Part shown: positions 29,326 to 41,000 of the stretch, piece by piece
Position numbering within the stretch: the stretch's first letter is position 1
Layout: each line of letters begins with the position of its first letter
Assembly (NCBI GenBank): GCA_031411095.1
Contig: JANOAK010000009.1
Span: 12,999-76,998 of the forward strand
From: Flavobacteriales bacterium
GTDB lineage: Bacteria; Bacteroidota; Bacteroidia; Flavobacteriales_F; PHOS-HE28
DNA length: 64,000 bases
Direction of reading: 5' to 3'
Program-made: the position numbers and the translations under genes
The notes under the pieces: generated by a model
Database searches by the model: none
What the model was told of the DNA's origin: nothing
What the model saw: only the letters and a program-made list of their open reading frames with translations

Positions 29326-30327
29326 ATGCTGCAAAGGTCCGCAGGCGCTGTTGTGATGATCTGCATGCTGGGCCGCGTTGCGGCACAGGATGCGCACTTC
29401 ACGCAGTTCTATTCCGCGCCGACCTACCTCAGCCCAGCCTTCGCTGGTACCGGACTACAGACCCGTTTCGCGCTGCAGTACCGCGATCAATGGCCTTCGA
29501 TCCCGGGGGCCTTCGTCACCTACAACTTCGCGGCCGACCATTACCTCAGTGAGCTGAACAGTGGGGTGGGACTGCTGGTAACACATGACCAGGCCGGTAG
29601 CGGTGCCTTGCGGTACACCAACCTCTGCCTGCAATACGCCTACGAGATCGAATTGAAACGAAAGGTGTTCCTGCGGCCTGCGCTGCAGTTCGCCTATGTG
29701 AACCATTCGGTCGACCTTTCGCGACTGGTCTTCGGCGACCAGCTCGCGCGCGGGGGTAATGTGGGATCGTACGAGGACTTCACGGGCCGCAGCGCGCGGT
29801 ATGCGGATATAGGGGCCGGTCTTTTGTACTTCACCCCGAAGATGTGGCTCGGGCTCGGCCTGCATCACTTGAACGAGCCGAACCAGTCCTTAACGCTGCG
29901 CGAATCCGTGGTGCCGATGAAACTGAGCATGCACGGGGGCTATCGGATCAAGTTCAGGACACCGGTCATCAAGAAGCATCCGTCGAGCTTCATCGCCGCC
30001 TTTAATTACCGGGCGCAGGGCCAGTACGATCAGCTTGACCTGGGTGCGTACTTCGAGCGTGATCCCATTTTCGCCGGGTTATGGTACCGTGGTATTCCTT
30101 TATTCAAGGCGTATGCCGAGGGCTACCAGAACAACGACGCCATCGCTGCAGTGGTGGGCGTGAAGGTGAACGACTGGCGCTTCGGGTACAGTTACGACAT
30201 CACCATCTCGCGACTGGCCGCCAACAGCGGCGGTGCGCACGAGATCACCATGGTGTACGAGCTGGCGGACAAGCGCCGCAAGAAGAGCATGGCCAAGCGC
30301 CGGGTGGTGCCGTGTGCGAAGTTCTGA
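29326..30327 (+). CDS. PorP/SprF family T9SS outer-membrane protein
   Basis: N-terminal DAHFTQFYSAPTYLSPAFAG signature and beta-barrel pattern; follows type B CTD protein. Confidence 0.85.
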   Translation: MLQRSAGAVVMICMLGRVAAQDAHFTQFYSAPTYLSPAFAGTGLQTRFALQYRDQWPSIPGAFVTYNFAADHYLSELNSGVGLLVTHDQAGSGALRYTNLCLQYAYEIELKRKVFLRPALQFAYVNHSVDLSRLVFGDQLARGGNVGSYEDFTGRSARYADIGAGLLYFTPKMWLGLGLHHLNEPNQSLTLRESVVPMKLSMHGGYRIKFRTPVIKKHPSSFIAAFNYRAQGQYDQLDLGAYFERDPIFAGLWYRGIPLFKAYAEGYQNNDAIAAVVGVKVNDWRFGYSYDITISRLAANSGGAHEITMVYELADKRRKKSMAKRRVVPCAKF

Positions 30328-31311
30328 TCAGGGCTTCGCCAAGTACCCCACCCGCTCCCGTACCCGTTTCAGGGTAGCCCTTGCGACCACCCGCGCTTTT
30401 TCGGCCCCGATGCGCAATTGGGTGTCCAGTTCCACGCGGTCGTTCATCAGTGCCTGGAAGGTCGCGCGTTCCTTGGCGTATCGTTCGGTGAGCACGGCGA
30501 GCAGTTCCTTCTTCGCGTGGCCGTAGCCGTAGTTGCCCTGCAGGTAGTTCTGGCGCATGGCGGCCACCTGGTCGGGTGAAGCGACGAGTTCGTACAGTCT
30601 GAACGTGTTGTCAGTTGCGGGATCCTTGGGTTCCTCGAGCGTCCTGCTATCGCTCACGATGCCCATCACCTGCTTCTTCAGTTCCTTTTCGTCGGCGAAC
30701 ACGTTGATCGTGTTACCGTAGCTCTTGCTCATCTTCTGCCCATCGGTGCCGGGCACCACCATCACCTGCTGATCGATCTTGGGAGCGGGCACCACGAGGG
30801 TATCCTCGCCATAGGTGCGATTGAACGCGCTGGCGATGTCGCGCGCCATTTCGAGGTGCTGCTTCTGGTCCTTGCCCACCGGCACATAATGCGCATCGTA
30901 CAGCACGATGTCCGCCGTCATCAGCACCGGGTAGTAGAACAGTCCGGCGTTCACGTCGCTGAGGCGGTCGCTCTTGTCCTTGAACGAATGCGCGTTGGCC
31001 AGCATGGGGTAGGGCGTAAGGCAGCCCAGATACCACGTGAGCTCGGTGACCTCCGGCACATCGCTCTGGCGGTAGAAGGTCACCGCGTGCACGTCCAGTC
31101 CGCAGGCGAGCCACGCGGCGGCCACGGCGTAGGTGTGTTCGCGCAGGGTCTGCGGGTCGCGTACGGAGGTGAGGGAGTGCAGGTCGGCGATGAAGAGGAA
31201 GGCATCGTTGCCCGGCGCGGTGCTCATGCGGATGGCCGGTTCGATCGCACCCAGGAGGTTGCCCAAGTGCGGCGTGCCAGTGCTTTGGATGCCAGTAAGG
31301 ATGCGGGCCAT
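30328..31311 (-). CDS. trpS: Tryptophan--tRNA ligase
   Basis: HIGH-type TGTPHLGN and KMSKS motifs; start trimmed to MARILTGIQS (ATG 31311). Confidence 0.9.
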   Translation of the reverse strand: MARILTGIQSTGTPHLGNLLGAIEPAIRMSTAPGNDAFLFIADLHSLTSVRDPQTLREHTYAVAAAWLACGLDVHAVTFYRQSDVPEVTELTWYLGCLTPYPMLANAHSFKDKSDRLSDVNAGLFYYPVLMTADIVLYDAHYVPVGKDQKQHLEMARDIASAFNRTYGEDTLVVPAPKIDQQVMVVPGTDGQKMSKSYGNTINVFADEKELKKQVMGIVSDSRTLEEPKDPATDNTFRLYELVASPDQVAAMRQNYLQGNYGYGHAKKELLAVLTERYAKERATFQALMNDRVELDTQLRIGAEKARVVARATLKRVRERVGYLAKP

Positions 31312-31440
31312 GCGGAAGGATGAAGTTGCGCCGCCGAAGATAGGATCGCGTCCTTGTGGGGCGGCCATCGGCCGGAAGCCAGTAGCTTCGGTGCTGCGGT
31401 GCAGCTGCATTTACATTCGCGCTCCGTTCCGCCAGGAAGC

Positions 31441-32265
31441 ATGCCCGCCGCGCCCCACGTTCACCACGATTCGCCGTTGATCCCGGATGGGGAGGCCACG
31501 CGGAGCGTGTTGCTCAAGTGGCTGTTCGCACTGCCTCGTTTCGTGTTCAAGCTGTACTTCGGCGTCATCTTCTTCGGCACGCTGCTGCTGCTCTATGTGC
31601 CGTTCCGCATGTTGATGCGCAACGAGGATGGCTTCCCCAAGGCCTTCCGCCTGATGAACGCCTGGGGCGTGGTGCTCAATATCTTCCTGCTGGTGCCGGT
31701 GAGGCGGCTGAAGATGGCGCCGCTGCCCAAGCCGCCCTATGTGATCTGCGCCAACCATGGCAGCTACCTGGACATCGTGCACATGTACAGCCTGGGGCTG
31801 GATTATTTCCTGTTCATGGGGAAGTACGAACTGTTGAAGTGGCCGCTGGTGGGTATGTTCTTCAAGCGCATGAACATCGCGGTGAACCGGGGCAATCGCA
31901 CCGAAGCGGCGAAGGCCCTGTTGCGCGCCGGGCGTTCCATCGACAAGGGCATCTGCGTCTCCCTCTTCCCCGAGGGTACCATTCCGCACACCGCCCCGCG
32001 CATGAAGCCTTTCAAGGATGGGGCCTTCAAGCTGGCCATCGAGAAACAGGTACCGATCGTACCGGTGACCTTCATCGACCACTGGCGTTTGTTCGGTGAT
32101 CCGGCGGACCTGGTGAGCCGGGGTCATCCCGGCATTTCGCGGGTTGTACGGCACCCCTACATCGACACGAAGGGCATGAACGAGGCCGACCTTGATAACT
32201 TGCGCCACCGGGTGTTCGATATCATCCAAGCCCCGCTCATTGACGCATTCGGTAAGAAGCCATGA
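31441..32265 (+). CDS. 1-acyl-sn-glycerol-3-phosphate acyltransferase family (PlsC-like)
   Basis: NHGSYLD (HX4D) and FPEGT motifs; start at ATG 31441. Confidence 0.8.
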   Translation: MPAAPHVHHDSPLIPDGEATRSVLLKWLFALPRFVFKLYFGVIFFGTLLLLYVPFRMLMRNEDGFPKAFRLMNAWGVVLNIFLLVPVRRLKMAPLPKPPYVICANHGSYLDIVHMYSLGLDYFLFMGKYELLKWPLVGMFFKRMNIAVNRGNRTEAAKALLRAGRSIDKGICVSLFPEGTIPHTAPRMKPFKDGAFKLAIEKQVPIVPVTFIDHWRLFGDPADLVSRGHPGISRVVRHPYIDTKGMNEADLDNLRHRVFDIIQAPLIDAFGKKP

Positions 32266-32558
32266 AGATCGACGAAGCCACCCTGGACCGCATCGCTGAA
32301 CTCGCCCGCCTGGACGTGAGCGACCCCGCTGTGCGCAGCCAGTTGTTGGGCGACATGCAGCGGGTGATCGATTTCGTGGAGAAGCTCAACGAGATCGACA
32401 CGAAAGGCGTGGAACCGCTCATCCACCTAAGCGAGGAGACCAACGTGCTGCGCGAGGATGTGGCCCTGCCCGGCCTCTCCAAGAAGGACGTGCTGATGAA
32501 CTCCCCCGTGAAGGACAGCGACTACTTCAAGGTGCCGCGGGTGGTGGATAAGAGTTAG
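32262..32558 (+). CDS. gatC: Asp-tRNA(Asn)/Glu-tRNA(Gln) amidotransferase subunit C
   Basis: 98 aa, MKIDEATLDRIAELARLDVSD...PLIHL typical GatC. Confidence 0.85.
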   Translation: MKIDEATLDRIAELARLDVSDPAVRSQLLGDMQRVIDFVEKLNEIDTKGVEPLIHLSEETNVLREDVALPGLSKKDVLMNSPVKDSDYFKVPRVVDKS

Positions 32559-32657
32559 GGGAGCCCTGCTCTGCCGATCAGGATCCAAAGCATCCGCGAA
32601 TACCGAAGCAACGCGCGTGCGATGATCCCCCACCTTGTGCCAACATCCGCCACCACG

Positions 32658-35600
32658 ATGCTGCGTTCCTTGCTCCTCCTGCTTTCCTGTGCCCTTCTCA
32701 TCTCCACCTTCGCCCAGCTTGAGCCGGGCCGCTACAACGCCAGTAGCAGTGCGTTGCCACAGTGGGTGCAGCTGATGTACGCCGAGGACCCGGATCCCGG
32801 CGCGGTGGAGGCCGCCTTCAAGGCGTACTACGCCACGCACCCCTTCGAGAAGAACAGCCACACGCAATACTACAAGCGATGGAAAAGGGAGCTGGTCCAT
32901 GAACTGGTGCCGAAGGATCCGGCCCAGCGTGCAGCCTATCTCCAGGATCTGCATGCTTACCTGAATGCATCCGAGGCGCTTGCCGCCTCCCGTGCCGCCA
33001 ACTGGAGCTGCATCGGACCGATCGACTGGGACCATGGCTCGGTGGCCAAGAGCTACGCCAGTGGAGCCGCGCATGTGTACACCGTGGAGCAGGCGGCGAG
33101 CAACGGTAACATCTGCTATGCGGGTTCGGCGAATGCGGGCGTTTGGAAGAGCACGGACAAGGGGCTCAACTGGACCAACGTCACGAAGAACATGGTGCTG
33201 GGGCAGGTGCTCAGCGTGGAGATCGACCCCATCGACCCGAACATCGTGTGGGCCGCAGCGGAAGGGAAGCTCTACAAGACCCTCGATGGCGGCACAACAT
33301 GGAACACAGCGGGCGACGCGGCCTTCAACGCGCTCACGCATTCCATCCGCGACATCGTGTTGAATCCCACGAACAACCTGAAGCTCTTCGTGTGCAGCGA
33401 CAAGGGACTGTACCGCAGTGACAACGGAGGTAACACCTTCACCCAGGTGCAGAGCGGCATCTGGCAGGAGCTGGAGTTCAAACCCGGCGATCCGGCCACT
33501 GTGTATGCCGTGAAACAGACGGGTGTCGTCACGCAGTTCTGGCGCAGCACCGACAACGGCACCAGCTTCACCCAGCTGACCACCGGTTGGCCGGTGCCCG
33601 AGAGCCCGGACGAACAGAAGCGGACGGAGATCGCCGTTACGGCCGCAGCTCCGAACACGGTGTACGCGCTGTGCACCGGTGCCGCAAGCGGGGGTAGTGG
33701 CCTGTACGGCGTGTACAAGAGCATCGACAGTGGCAGCAGCTGGACCTTCCAATGCTGCGGCACGGGCCCCGGTGGCGTTCCGTCGGCGACGAACTACAAC
33801 CTGATGGGTTGGGACGATGGCGGCCAGGACGATGGTGGACAGTACTACTACGACCTCGCTTTTGCCGTGGATCCTGCGAACGCGAACAAGTTGATGGTGT
33901 GCGGTGTGAACCGCTGGGTGAGCACCGACGGCGGCGTCACCTTCACCTGCCCTGCGAAATGGAGCCACAGCAGCAAGGTGGATTACGTGCATGCGGACAT
34001 ACATGATATCCGGTACTACGGCAATGAGATCTGGGCGGCCTGCGATGGTGGCATCTTCTACAGCAACGACGGTGGCGCCACCTTCAACAAGCGGATCTTC
34101 GGCATCTCCGGAACGGATTTCTGGGGTTTTGGCGCGGGAGGTTGGACCGGGAGCCAGGTGATGCTCGGCGGGGCCTACCACAACGGCACCATGTTGAAGG
34201 ACAACAACGTGTACACGAACGGCTGGGTGTGCACGGACGGCGGTGATGGCTATCGTGGATTCGTGCATCCGCAATACGACCGGCGCGCGCTGAGCGATTA
34301 CGGCTACAAGATCCTCAGCGGTGATCGCCTCGTGGCGAACGTGAACGGCAGCTGGTCGAAGGAGCCGAATGCGAGTTACATCACCGGCGAGAGCAGTGAA
34401 GTGCTGTGGCACCCCAATCTGGTGAACACAGCGTTCGTGGGGAGCGGAACCGCCATTTGGCGCACCGATGACAACGGCACATCCTTCACCCTTGTGCATG
34501 AGTTCGGTGAGAAGGTCACGAGCATCGAGGTGGCTTTCAGCGATCCGAACACCATTTACGCATGCACCTACCTCGGTTGGTGGGATACGAAAAAGGTATG
34601 GCGCAGCACGGATGGTGGGGTGAACTGGACGGACATCACCCCCACGAGCGCGCTATTGAACGGGAATGTCTGGGTGCCCTATGACATCGCGGTGAGCGCC
34701 ACGGACCCGCAGACCCTCTCGTTATGCCGCACCAGCCAGTACGGCAATTCGCCGAATATCAATGGTTATGTGGTCTTCAAGAGCGTGAACGGAGGAGCAG
34801 CCTGGACGAACATCACGGATGCGAGCTTGAACAGTGAATGGCCGACGAACATCGTTCACCAGATGGGCAGCAACGGAGCGCTGTACATCGGCACGCGCCG
34901 GGCGGTGTACTACCGGAGTGATGCCGCCCCCACGTGGTCCTTGTGGAATGCCGGGCTGCCGGCGAAGATCTTCAGCACACGCATGCTGATCAACTACCGC
35001 GATGGCAAGATCCGCAACGGCACGGACCGCAGTGTGTGGGAGAGTGCGGTGGAAGCGCCTGCGCCGCCCGTTGCCAACTTCGCGGCGGACAAGCGCAGTG
35101 TGACCTGTCTGGCGCCCGGGGTGCAGTTCTGGGACAATAGCGCACTGTACGGCTCTGGTGCCATCTGGAGCTGGAGTTTCCCCGGCGGCAGTCCATCGAC
35201 CAGCACCAGCAGAAGCCCGTTGGTCACCTACAACGCACCGGGCGTGTATGACGTGTCGCTCACCGTGACGGACGTGAACGGAACGAGCACGCGGACGATC
35301 GCCGGTTTCATCACCTTCCAGAACAGCAGCGCAGCCACACCGGTCAGTGAGAATGCGGAGAACCAATTGTTGACGCCCATGGGTTGGCTGCTGGAGAATC
35401 CGGATGGTTTGGATACATGGAGCAACGTGGCTGTCACCGGTGCCGATGGCAATACCACGCGCGCATGGCGCATCGACAACTACTACTACAATGCGCCGGG
35501 TCAGGAGGACCGGCTGGTGACACCTGTGATCACCCTGGGGGGAAGCGCGGGTACAAGACTGAAGTTCCACCACGCGTACGCACCATACAGCAGCACGGCC

Positions 35601-36596
35601 TACCAGGATGGTTTGCGCGTGGAGATCAGCACCAACTGCGGTGCGAACTGGACCATGGTATACAATGCTGCGGGTGCGGCTCTGGGCACCGCACCGGTCA
35701 ACACCTCGGCATGGTCGCCCACCGCAGCGAACCAATGGTCGCTGCACGATCTGGACCTCAGTGCCTATGATGGCAGAAGTGTGGTGATCCGTTTCGTGGG
35801 GATCAACCAATATGGCAATCGCCTTTATCTGGACAACATCTCCATCACCAACAGCGGCATGCGTCTCGCCGTGAAGCTCATGCTCGAAGGTGCATTCGAC
35901 ACGGGCACCGGCAAAATGCGCGACGATCTGCGGGTCGCCGGTCTCATTCCTTCCACCGAACCGTACACCGCCGCTGGTTTCGCACAAGCGAGCGATGGCG
36001 GTGGCGAAGTGATCCAGGCCGGCGTGACCTCCACTACCGGCGATAATGCCATCGTGGATTGGGTGCAGGTTGAACTGCGGAACAGCACAACGCCGACCTC
36101 GGTGGTGGCCACACGCCCGGGGCTCGTGCAGCGCGATGGCGATGTGGTGGCGGAGGATGGTACCTCACCGATCTCCCTGCTTGCGGCAGCGGGCAACTAT
36201 CATGTGGCCGTGCGCCACCGGAACCACTTGGGCGCGATGACCGCCGTAACGGTGACCTTGAGTGCCGGGACCACGGTGGTCGACTTCACAAGTCCGGCCA
36301 CCGGCACGTATGGGACGCAGGCGCTGAAGACGATCGGTGCGATCAATGCATTGTGGATGGGCAACGTGGTGAAAGATGGCGCGTTGAAGTACACCGGTGG
36401 CGGCAACGACCGCGACCCGATCCTCGTGCGCGTGGGAAGCACGGTCCCCACGAACGTGGTCAGCGGCTATTTCCCGGAGGATTGCACACTGGACGGTCAG
36501 GTCAAATACACGGGAGGCGGCAACGACCGTGATCCCATCCTGGTGAACGTGGGCAGCACTGTGCCGACGAACGTGCGGGTGGAGCAGCTGCCTTAG
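32658..36596 (+). CDS. Large secreted BNR/Asp-box repeat (sialidase/GH74-like propeller) protein with PKD domain and lectin/MAM-like module
   Basis: Signal MLRSLLLLLSCALLISTFAQ; multiple S-x-D-x-G-x-(S/T)-(W/F) Asp-boxes; PKD segment (VYDVSLTVTDVNGTS); C-terminal tandem 35-aa duplication KYTGGGNDRDPILVxVGSTVPTNV. Confidence 0.75.
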   Translation: MLRSLLLLLSCALLISTFAQLEPGRYNASSSALPQWVQLMYAEDPDPGAVEAAFKAYYATHPFEKNSHTQYYKRWKRELVHELVPKDPAQRAAYLQDLHAYLNASEALAASRAANWSCIGPIDWDHGSVAKSYASGAAHVYTVEQAASNGNICYAGSANAGVWKSTDKGLNWTNVTKNMVLGQVLSVEIDPIDPNIVWAAAEGKLYKTLDGGTTWNTAGDAAFNALTHSIRDIVLNPTNNLKLFVCSDKGLYRSDNGGNTFTQVQSGIWQELEFKPGDPATVYAVKQTGVVTQFWRSTDNGTSFTQLTTGWPVPESPDEQKRTEIAVTAAAPNTVYALCTGAASGGSGLYGVYKSIDSGSSWTFQCCGTGPGGVPSATNYNLMGWDDGGQDDGGQYYYDLAFAVDPANANKLMVCGVNRWVSTDGGVTFTCPAKWSHSSKVDYVHADIHDIRYYGNEIWAACDGGIFYSNDGGATFNKRIFGISGTDFWGFGAGGWTGSQVMLGGAYHNGTMLKDNNVYTNGWVCTDGGDGYRGFVHPQYDRRALSDYGYKILSGDRLVANVNGSWSKEPNASYITGESSEVLWHPNLVNTAFVGSGTAIWRTDDNGTSFTLVHEFGEKVTSIEVAFSDPNTIYACTYLGWWDTKKVWRSTDGGVNWTDITPTSALLNGNVWVPYDIAVSATDPQTLSLCRTSQYGNSPNINGYVVFKSVNGGAAWTNITDASLNSEWPTNIVHQMGSNGALYIGTRRAVYYRSDAAPTWSLWNAGLPAKIFSTRMLINYRDGKIRNGTDRSVWESAVEAPAPPVANFAADKRSVTCLAPGVQFWDNSALYGSGAIWSWSFPGGSPSTSTSRSPLVTYNAPGVYDVSLTVTDVNGTSTRTIAGFITFQNSSAATPVSENAENQLLTPMGWLLENPDGLDTWSNVAVTGADGNTTRAWRIDNYYYNAPGQEDRLVTPVITLGGSAGTRLKFHHAYAPYSSTAYQDGLRVEISTNCGANWTMVYNAAGAALGTAPVNTSAWSPTAANQWSLHDLDLSAYDGRSVVIRFVGINQYGNRLYLDNISITNSGMRLAVKLMLEGAFDTGTGKMRDDLRVAGLIPSTEPYTAAGFAQASDGGGEVIQAGVTSTTGDNAIVDWVQVELRNSTTPTSVVATRPGLVQRDGDVVAEDGTSPISLLAAAGNYHVAVRHRNHLGAMTAVTVTLSAGTTVVDFTSPATGTYGTQALKTIGAINALWMGNVVKDGALKYTGGGNDRDPILVRVGSTVPTNVVSGYFPEDCTLDGQVKYTGGGNDRDPILVNVGSTVPTNVRVEQLP

Positions 36597-36684
36597 CGCC
36601 CGGTGAGGATCCTGGGGTCGTTCAAGTACGAGTACGTGCGTATCGCTCCCTGTTGTAGTACGTTCGCCTTTCAATTCAGGACCG

Positions 36685-37887
36685 ATGAGCACCACCACTT
36701 CCACCTCCTTCCTCCAGCACATTCAGAAGGAGCTCGATTCGATCAACGAGGCCGGCCTATTCAAGCGCGAGCGCATCATCACCAGCGAGCAGGGCGCGGA
36801 GATCACGGTGAACGGGAAGACCGTCCTGAACTTCTGCGCGAACAACTACCTGGGACTTTCATCGCATCCGGAGGTGATCAAGGCCGCCCATGCCACCCTC
36901 GATTCGCGCGGCTACGGCATGAGCAGCGTGCGCTTCATCTGTGGCACGCAGGACATCCACAAGGAATTGGAACAGAAGCTGGCTGACTTCCACGGCACGG
37001 AGGATACCATCCTGTACGCCGCGTGCTTCGATGCGAACGGCGGGGTGTTCGAACCGTTGCTGCAGGAGGCCGATGCGATCATCAGCGATTCCCTGAACCA
37101 TGCGAGCATCATCGACGGCGTGCGCTTGTGCAAGGCCATGCGCTACCGCTATGCGAACAACGACATGGCGGACCTGGAAGTGCAGCTGAAGACCGCGCGC
37201 AAGGACGGTGCCCGGCACATCCTCATCGTCACCGATGGTGTGTTCAGCATGGATGGCATCGTTGCCGACCTGAAGGGGGTGTGCGATCTGGCGGACAAGT
37301 ATGAGGCCATGGTGATGGTGGACGAATGCCACGCTGCGGGTTTCATCGGGAAGACCGGTCGCGGAAGTGTGGAAGCATGCGGGGTCACCGGTCGTGTGGA
37401 CATCATCACCGGTACGTTGGGGAAAGCACTTGGCGGTGCGATGGGGGGCTACACCACGGGTCGCAAGGAGATCATTGAAATGCTGCGGCAACGGAGCCGG
37501 CCCTACCTGTTCAGCAACTCCCTGGCGCCGGCCATTGTGGGAGCGAGCATCAAGGTGCTGGAATTGCTCACACAGAGCACCGCATTACGCGACAAGCTCG
37601 AAGCCAATGTGAAGCGTTTCAAAACGGGCATCGAAGCGGCGGGCTTCAAGACCCGTGGTGACCGCAGCGCCATTGTGCCGGTGATGTTGGGCGATGCCAA
37701 ACTCAGCCAGGTGATGGCGGACAGACTCCTGGAGGAGGGCATTTATGTGATCGGCTTCTTCTTCCCGGTGGTGCCGAAGGACACGGCGCGTATCCGGGTT
37801 CAGCTCAGTGCAGCCCATTCCGAGGCCCATATCGACCACGCTCTCGCGGCATTTGCGAAGGTGGGCAGGTCCCTCGGTATTGTCTGA
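36685..37887 (+). CDS. kbl: Glycine C-acetyltransferase (2-amino-3-ketobutyrate CoA ligase), PLP-dependent
   Basis: AOS-family PLP enzyme; Lys motif TLGKALGG; strong Kbl-like N-terminus. Confidence 0.85.
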   Translation: MSTTTSTSFLQHIQKELDSINEAGLFKRERIITSEQGAEITVNGKTVLNFCANNYLGLSSHPEVIKAAHATLDSRGYGMSSVRFICGTQDIHKELEQKLADFHGTEDTILYAACFDANGGVFEPLLQEADAIISDSLNHASIIDGVRLCKAMRYRYANNDMADLEVQLKTARKDGARHILIVTDGVFSMDGIVADLKGVCDLADKYEAMVMVDECHAAGFIGKTGRGSVEACGVTGRVDIITGTLGKALGGAMGGYTTGRKEIIEMLRQRSRPYLFSNSLAPAIVGASIKVLELLTQSTALRDKLEANVKRFKTGIEAAGFKTRGDRSAIVPVMLGDAKLSQVMADRLLEEGIYVIGFFFPVVPKDTARIRVQLSAAHSEAHIDHALAAFAKVGRSLGIV

Positions 37888-38048
37888 TGGACAGCGAATT
37901 AGCTGAGGTTGAACGACCGTAGGTGGCTGTGTGGGACCCCTGCGGCGCAGGATACGCGTCCATCGGGCCGGGTGTCGCGTTCGTCGACCGAACATTTTGG
38001 CCCGTCGTTCAGTATAACGGCACCGGACCTGACCTTCCGACCTGCCTG

Positions 38049-41000
38049 ATGAACACATTCGGACCTGCATTCATGTACGCCCTTCTCAAGCCGAACCACC
38101 CACGATCGCAGCGATGGATCGCAGGCCTTATTGTGCTTTTGATGGGCCAGGTCGACCTTAAGGCGGCACCCGCCCTGGTGCAATCAAATACGGCTGTGAA
38201 TGGTGGGAATTCCTCGTCCATCACGGCCACTTACACTTCCACGCCAACGGCCGGGAACCTGCTGATCGCCATAGTTGGGAACAAGGACGTGCTAACCCTT
38301 GGTGCGCTCCCTGCGGGCTGGACGAAGGGGGTGGCGGACGAGAACAGAAGTCCGGGTCTGGTCATTCTCTACAAGATCGCGGGAGTTGCGGAGCCGTCCG
38401 ATGTCACGATCAATTATTCCGGTTCCACGCGATTGGGCTTGCAGATCTTCGAATACTCAGGTATTCCCGGGGCCACCTTGCGTCAGTTCGTCGAAACCTC
38501 AGGGTCTGGAACATCACTGGCGACGGGCACCGTCACATCGACCACGGCGGATGAGCTGATCATCACGGGCTTCACCATCGATGTTGGCACGACCTTCACG
38601 GGATGGTCCAATTCATTCACCGAGCGCACCGACGTGAACAACGGTGGTGCTCCTGCCTTCGCGGCGAGCTATGCTCTGGCCGATCGCGTGGCGACCGTAC
38701 CGGGCAGTTACCAGACCACGGCAACGGTCGGTAGTTCAGGGGCATGGCTGGGGATGATCGCACGATTTTCCTCCACTCCCAACCAGGCTTGTTTATGGCT
38801 CTCATCCAAGACCAACGCAGCTGTGCCCCCATTGAACGGTGGCATTTCATGGACGGATGGTGAAGTGGTCCAATTGTCCGACCCCAACCTGTCCTTGGTG
38901 GAACCCGGCACATCGAACGGAACATTCAGCACAATAGGGGACATCGACGACCTGGCGGGAGCGAACGAGGACATCGTGGCCATGCATTATGTGACCCGTC
39001 CAGTGACAGTGGGCACCGGGTCCAACGCGATCGCCCTTCAAATAGGCGATGTGCTTTTCTCATTGGCGGATGATGCGACCTTTTCCGGGCTGCTCGTTCA
39101 GAAGGAGGATGTCGCATTGTTCAGGCCCACGGTCCCTGGAAATTATTCAGCAGGTTCTGTGTCCATGTTATTGGACAACATGAATGGAAGGGAGATCAAC
39201 GCGATAGCCGTGGTGGAGCGCGCATGCACGGTGGGAACACAGGCCCTCAATGCCGGGGATGTGCTCGCCTCCTTTTCGGGAGATCCCTTCGACAAGAACA
39301 TCCATCGCTGCGTGATCAGTGCAGCCGGCGCCGGCGTTACCTCCGCAACGGTCACCACATTGCTCGAGGGGAGCGATATGGGTTTCGGAGGGGCGCACAT
39401 CGCGGGTCTATCCCTGGTTTGCGAAACCACTTACATCGGAGGGATCGTGCTGAATCCGGGCGCAGTGCTGCTGTCCCTGGAATCGTCGGATGCCGGTTTA
39501 GGAACGAACAACCTGCCCGTAGACAAATACGACATCTTCGCCCTTAATGTGTCCGTGGCTGAGCCGGGTGTTTCCACCGCAACGGCTATCAGGATCTTCG
39601 AGGGTGCCGATGCAGGGATCTTCTCCGGAGGAGAGGAATTTGATGCGATCAGCCTGGTCACATCGCGCAGCATCACGGGCACGGTGTACGAGGATGTGAA
39701 TTACGGTGGCGGTATTGGCCGCGATCGTTCCACGGCACTGGCCAATGGAGGTACGCGGCGTGCGAATGCCCGGGTGGAACTGTATAATGCCAGCGGGTCC
39801 TTCCTGAGCTTCACCAATACCGACGCAATGGGCCAGTACGAGTTCTCCGCTCTGCCAGCAGGAACATACACGGTGCGTGTGGTGAACAGCACGGTGAGCA
39901 GTGCGCGCGCTGGATATGTCGCGAACACACATCTGGCGGTGCAGACCTATCGCACCAATGCAAGCACAGGCGCGGTTGTCGCTGTCACCGATCGGGTGGG
40001 CGGCGAAGTGCCAGGCAAGGTGGATGCGGGAAACGGTAGTACCACGCTGGCTGCGCTGACCACGGCCTCCACCACTGCTCAGTCGGTGACCACGGTCGCC
40101 GTTGGTGCGACCGAAGTGACCAATGTCGACTTCGGCTACAGCTACAATGTGGTGGTGAACAAGAACGATGCGGGCCAGGGATCTCTGCGGCAGGTGATGA
40201 CGAACATGAACGCGTTGAGCAACGCTGGCTTGGCGATCCAGGGTCGTACGGCAGGTATCGATCATGGTGTCTTCATGCTGGCTGATGGCGTGGCACGTCC
40301 TGGCCTCACGGTGACGTATGCGACCATGTTCGTATCGGGCGCAGCGACCATCGTGCCGCTCACCCCGATGCCCTCGATCACCACACCAATGCTCTTGGAT
40401 GCGACCACACATCCTTTGTTCAGCACGGCTCCTATCATTGAGATCAACGGTACCAGTGCGGGCGCCACCACGGACGGTTTTACGCTGGCGGCGGGCAGTA
40501 CGGGCAGCACGGTCAAGGGCTTCGTGATCAACCGGTTTTTGGGCGATGGTATCCAGGTGAATGCTGGCGGCAACTTAATCCAGGGGAACTACATCGGGGT
40601 GAACGTGGCGGGGACCGCCGCGTCCGCCAATACGCTCACAGGCGTGAACATCGCGGCGTGCGCGAACAACGTGATCGGCGGTACGGCTGCGGGTCATGGC
40701 AATACGATCGCTGGCAATGGCGGAGCGGAGATCTCCATCAGTGGTGCCGCCTCCACGGGCAACCTGGTGCAGGGCAATAACATCGGTACCCGGTATAACG
40801 CGACCTCCGTCATAGCCAGTGCAGGTCAGGGCATCCTCCTGGCCAATACGGCGAGCAACAACAGCATTGGGGGCACCGTGGCCGGTGCCGGCAACGTGAT
40901 CGGGGGCAACGCGCAGGCGGGTATCGAGATCAAGGATGCCGGCACAAGCAACAACACGGTAGCGGGCAACTACATCGGTACGAACGCGAGCGATGCCGGC

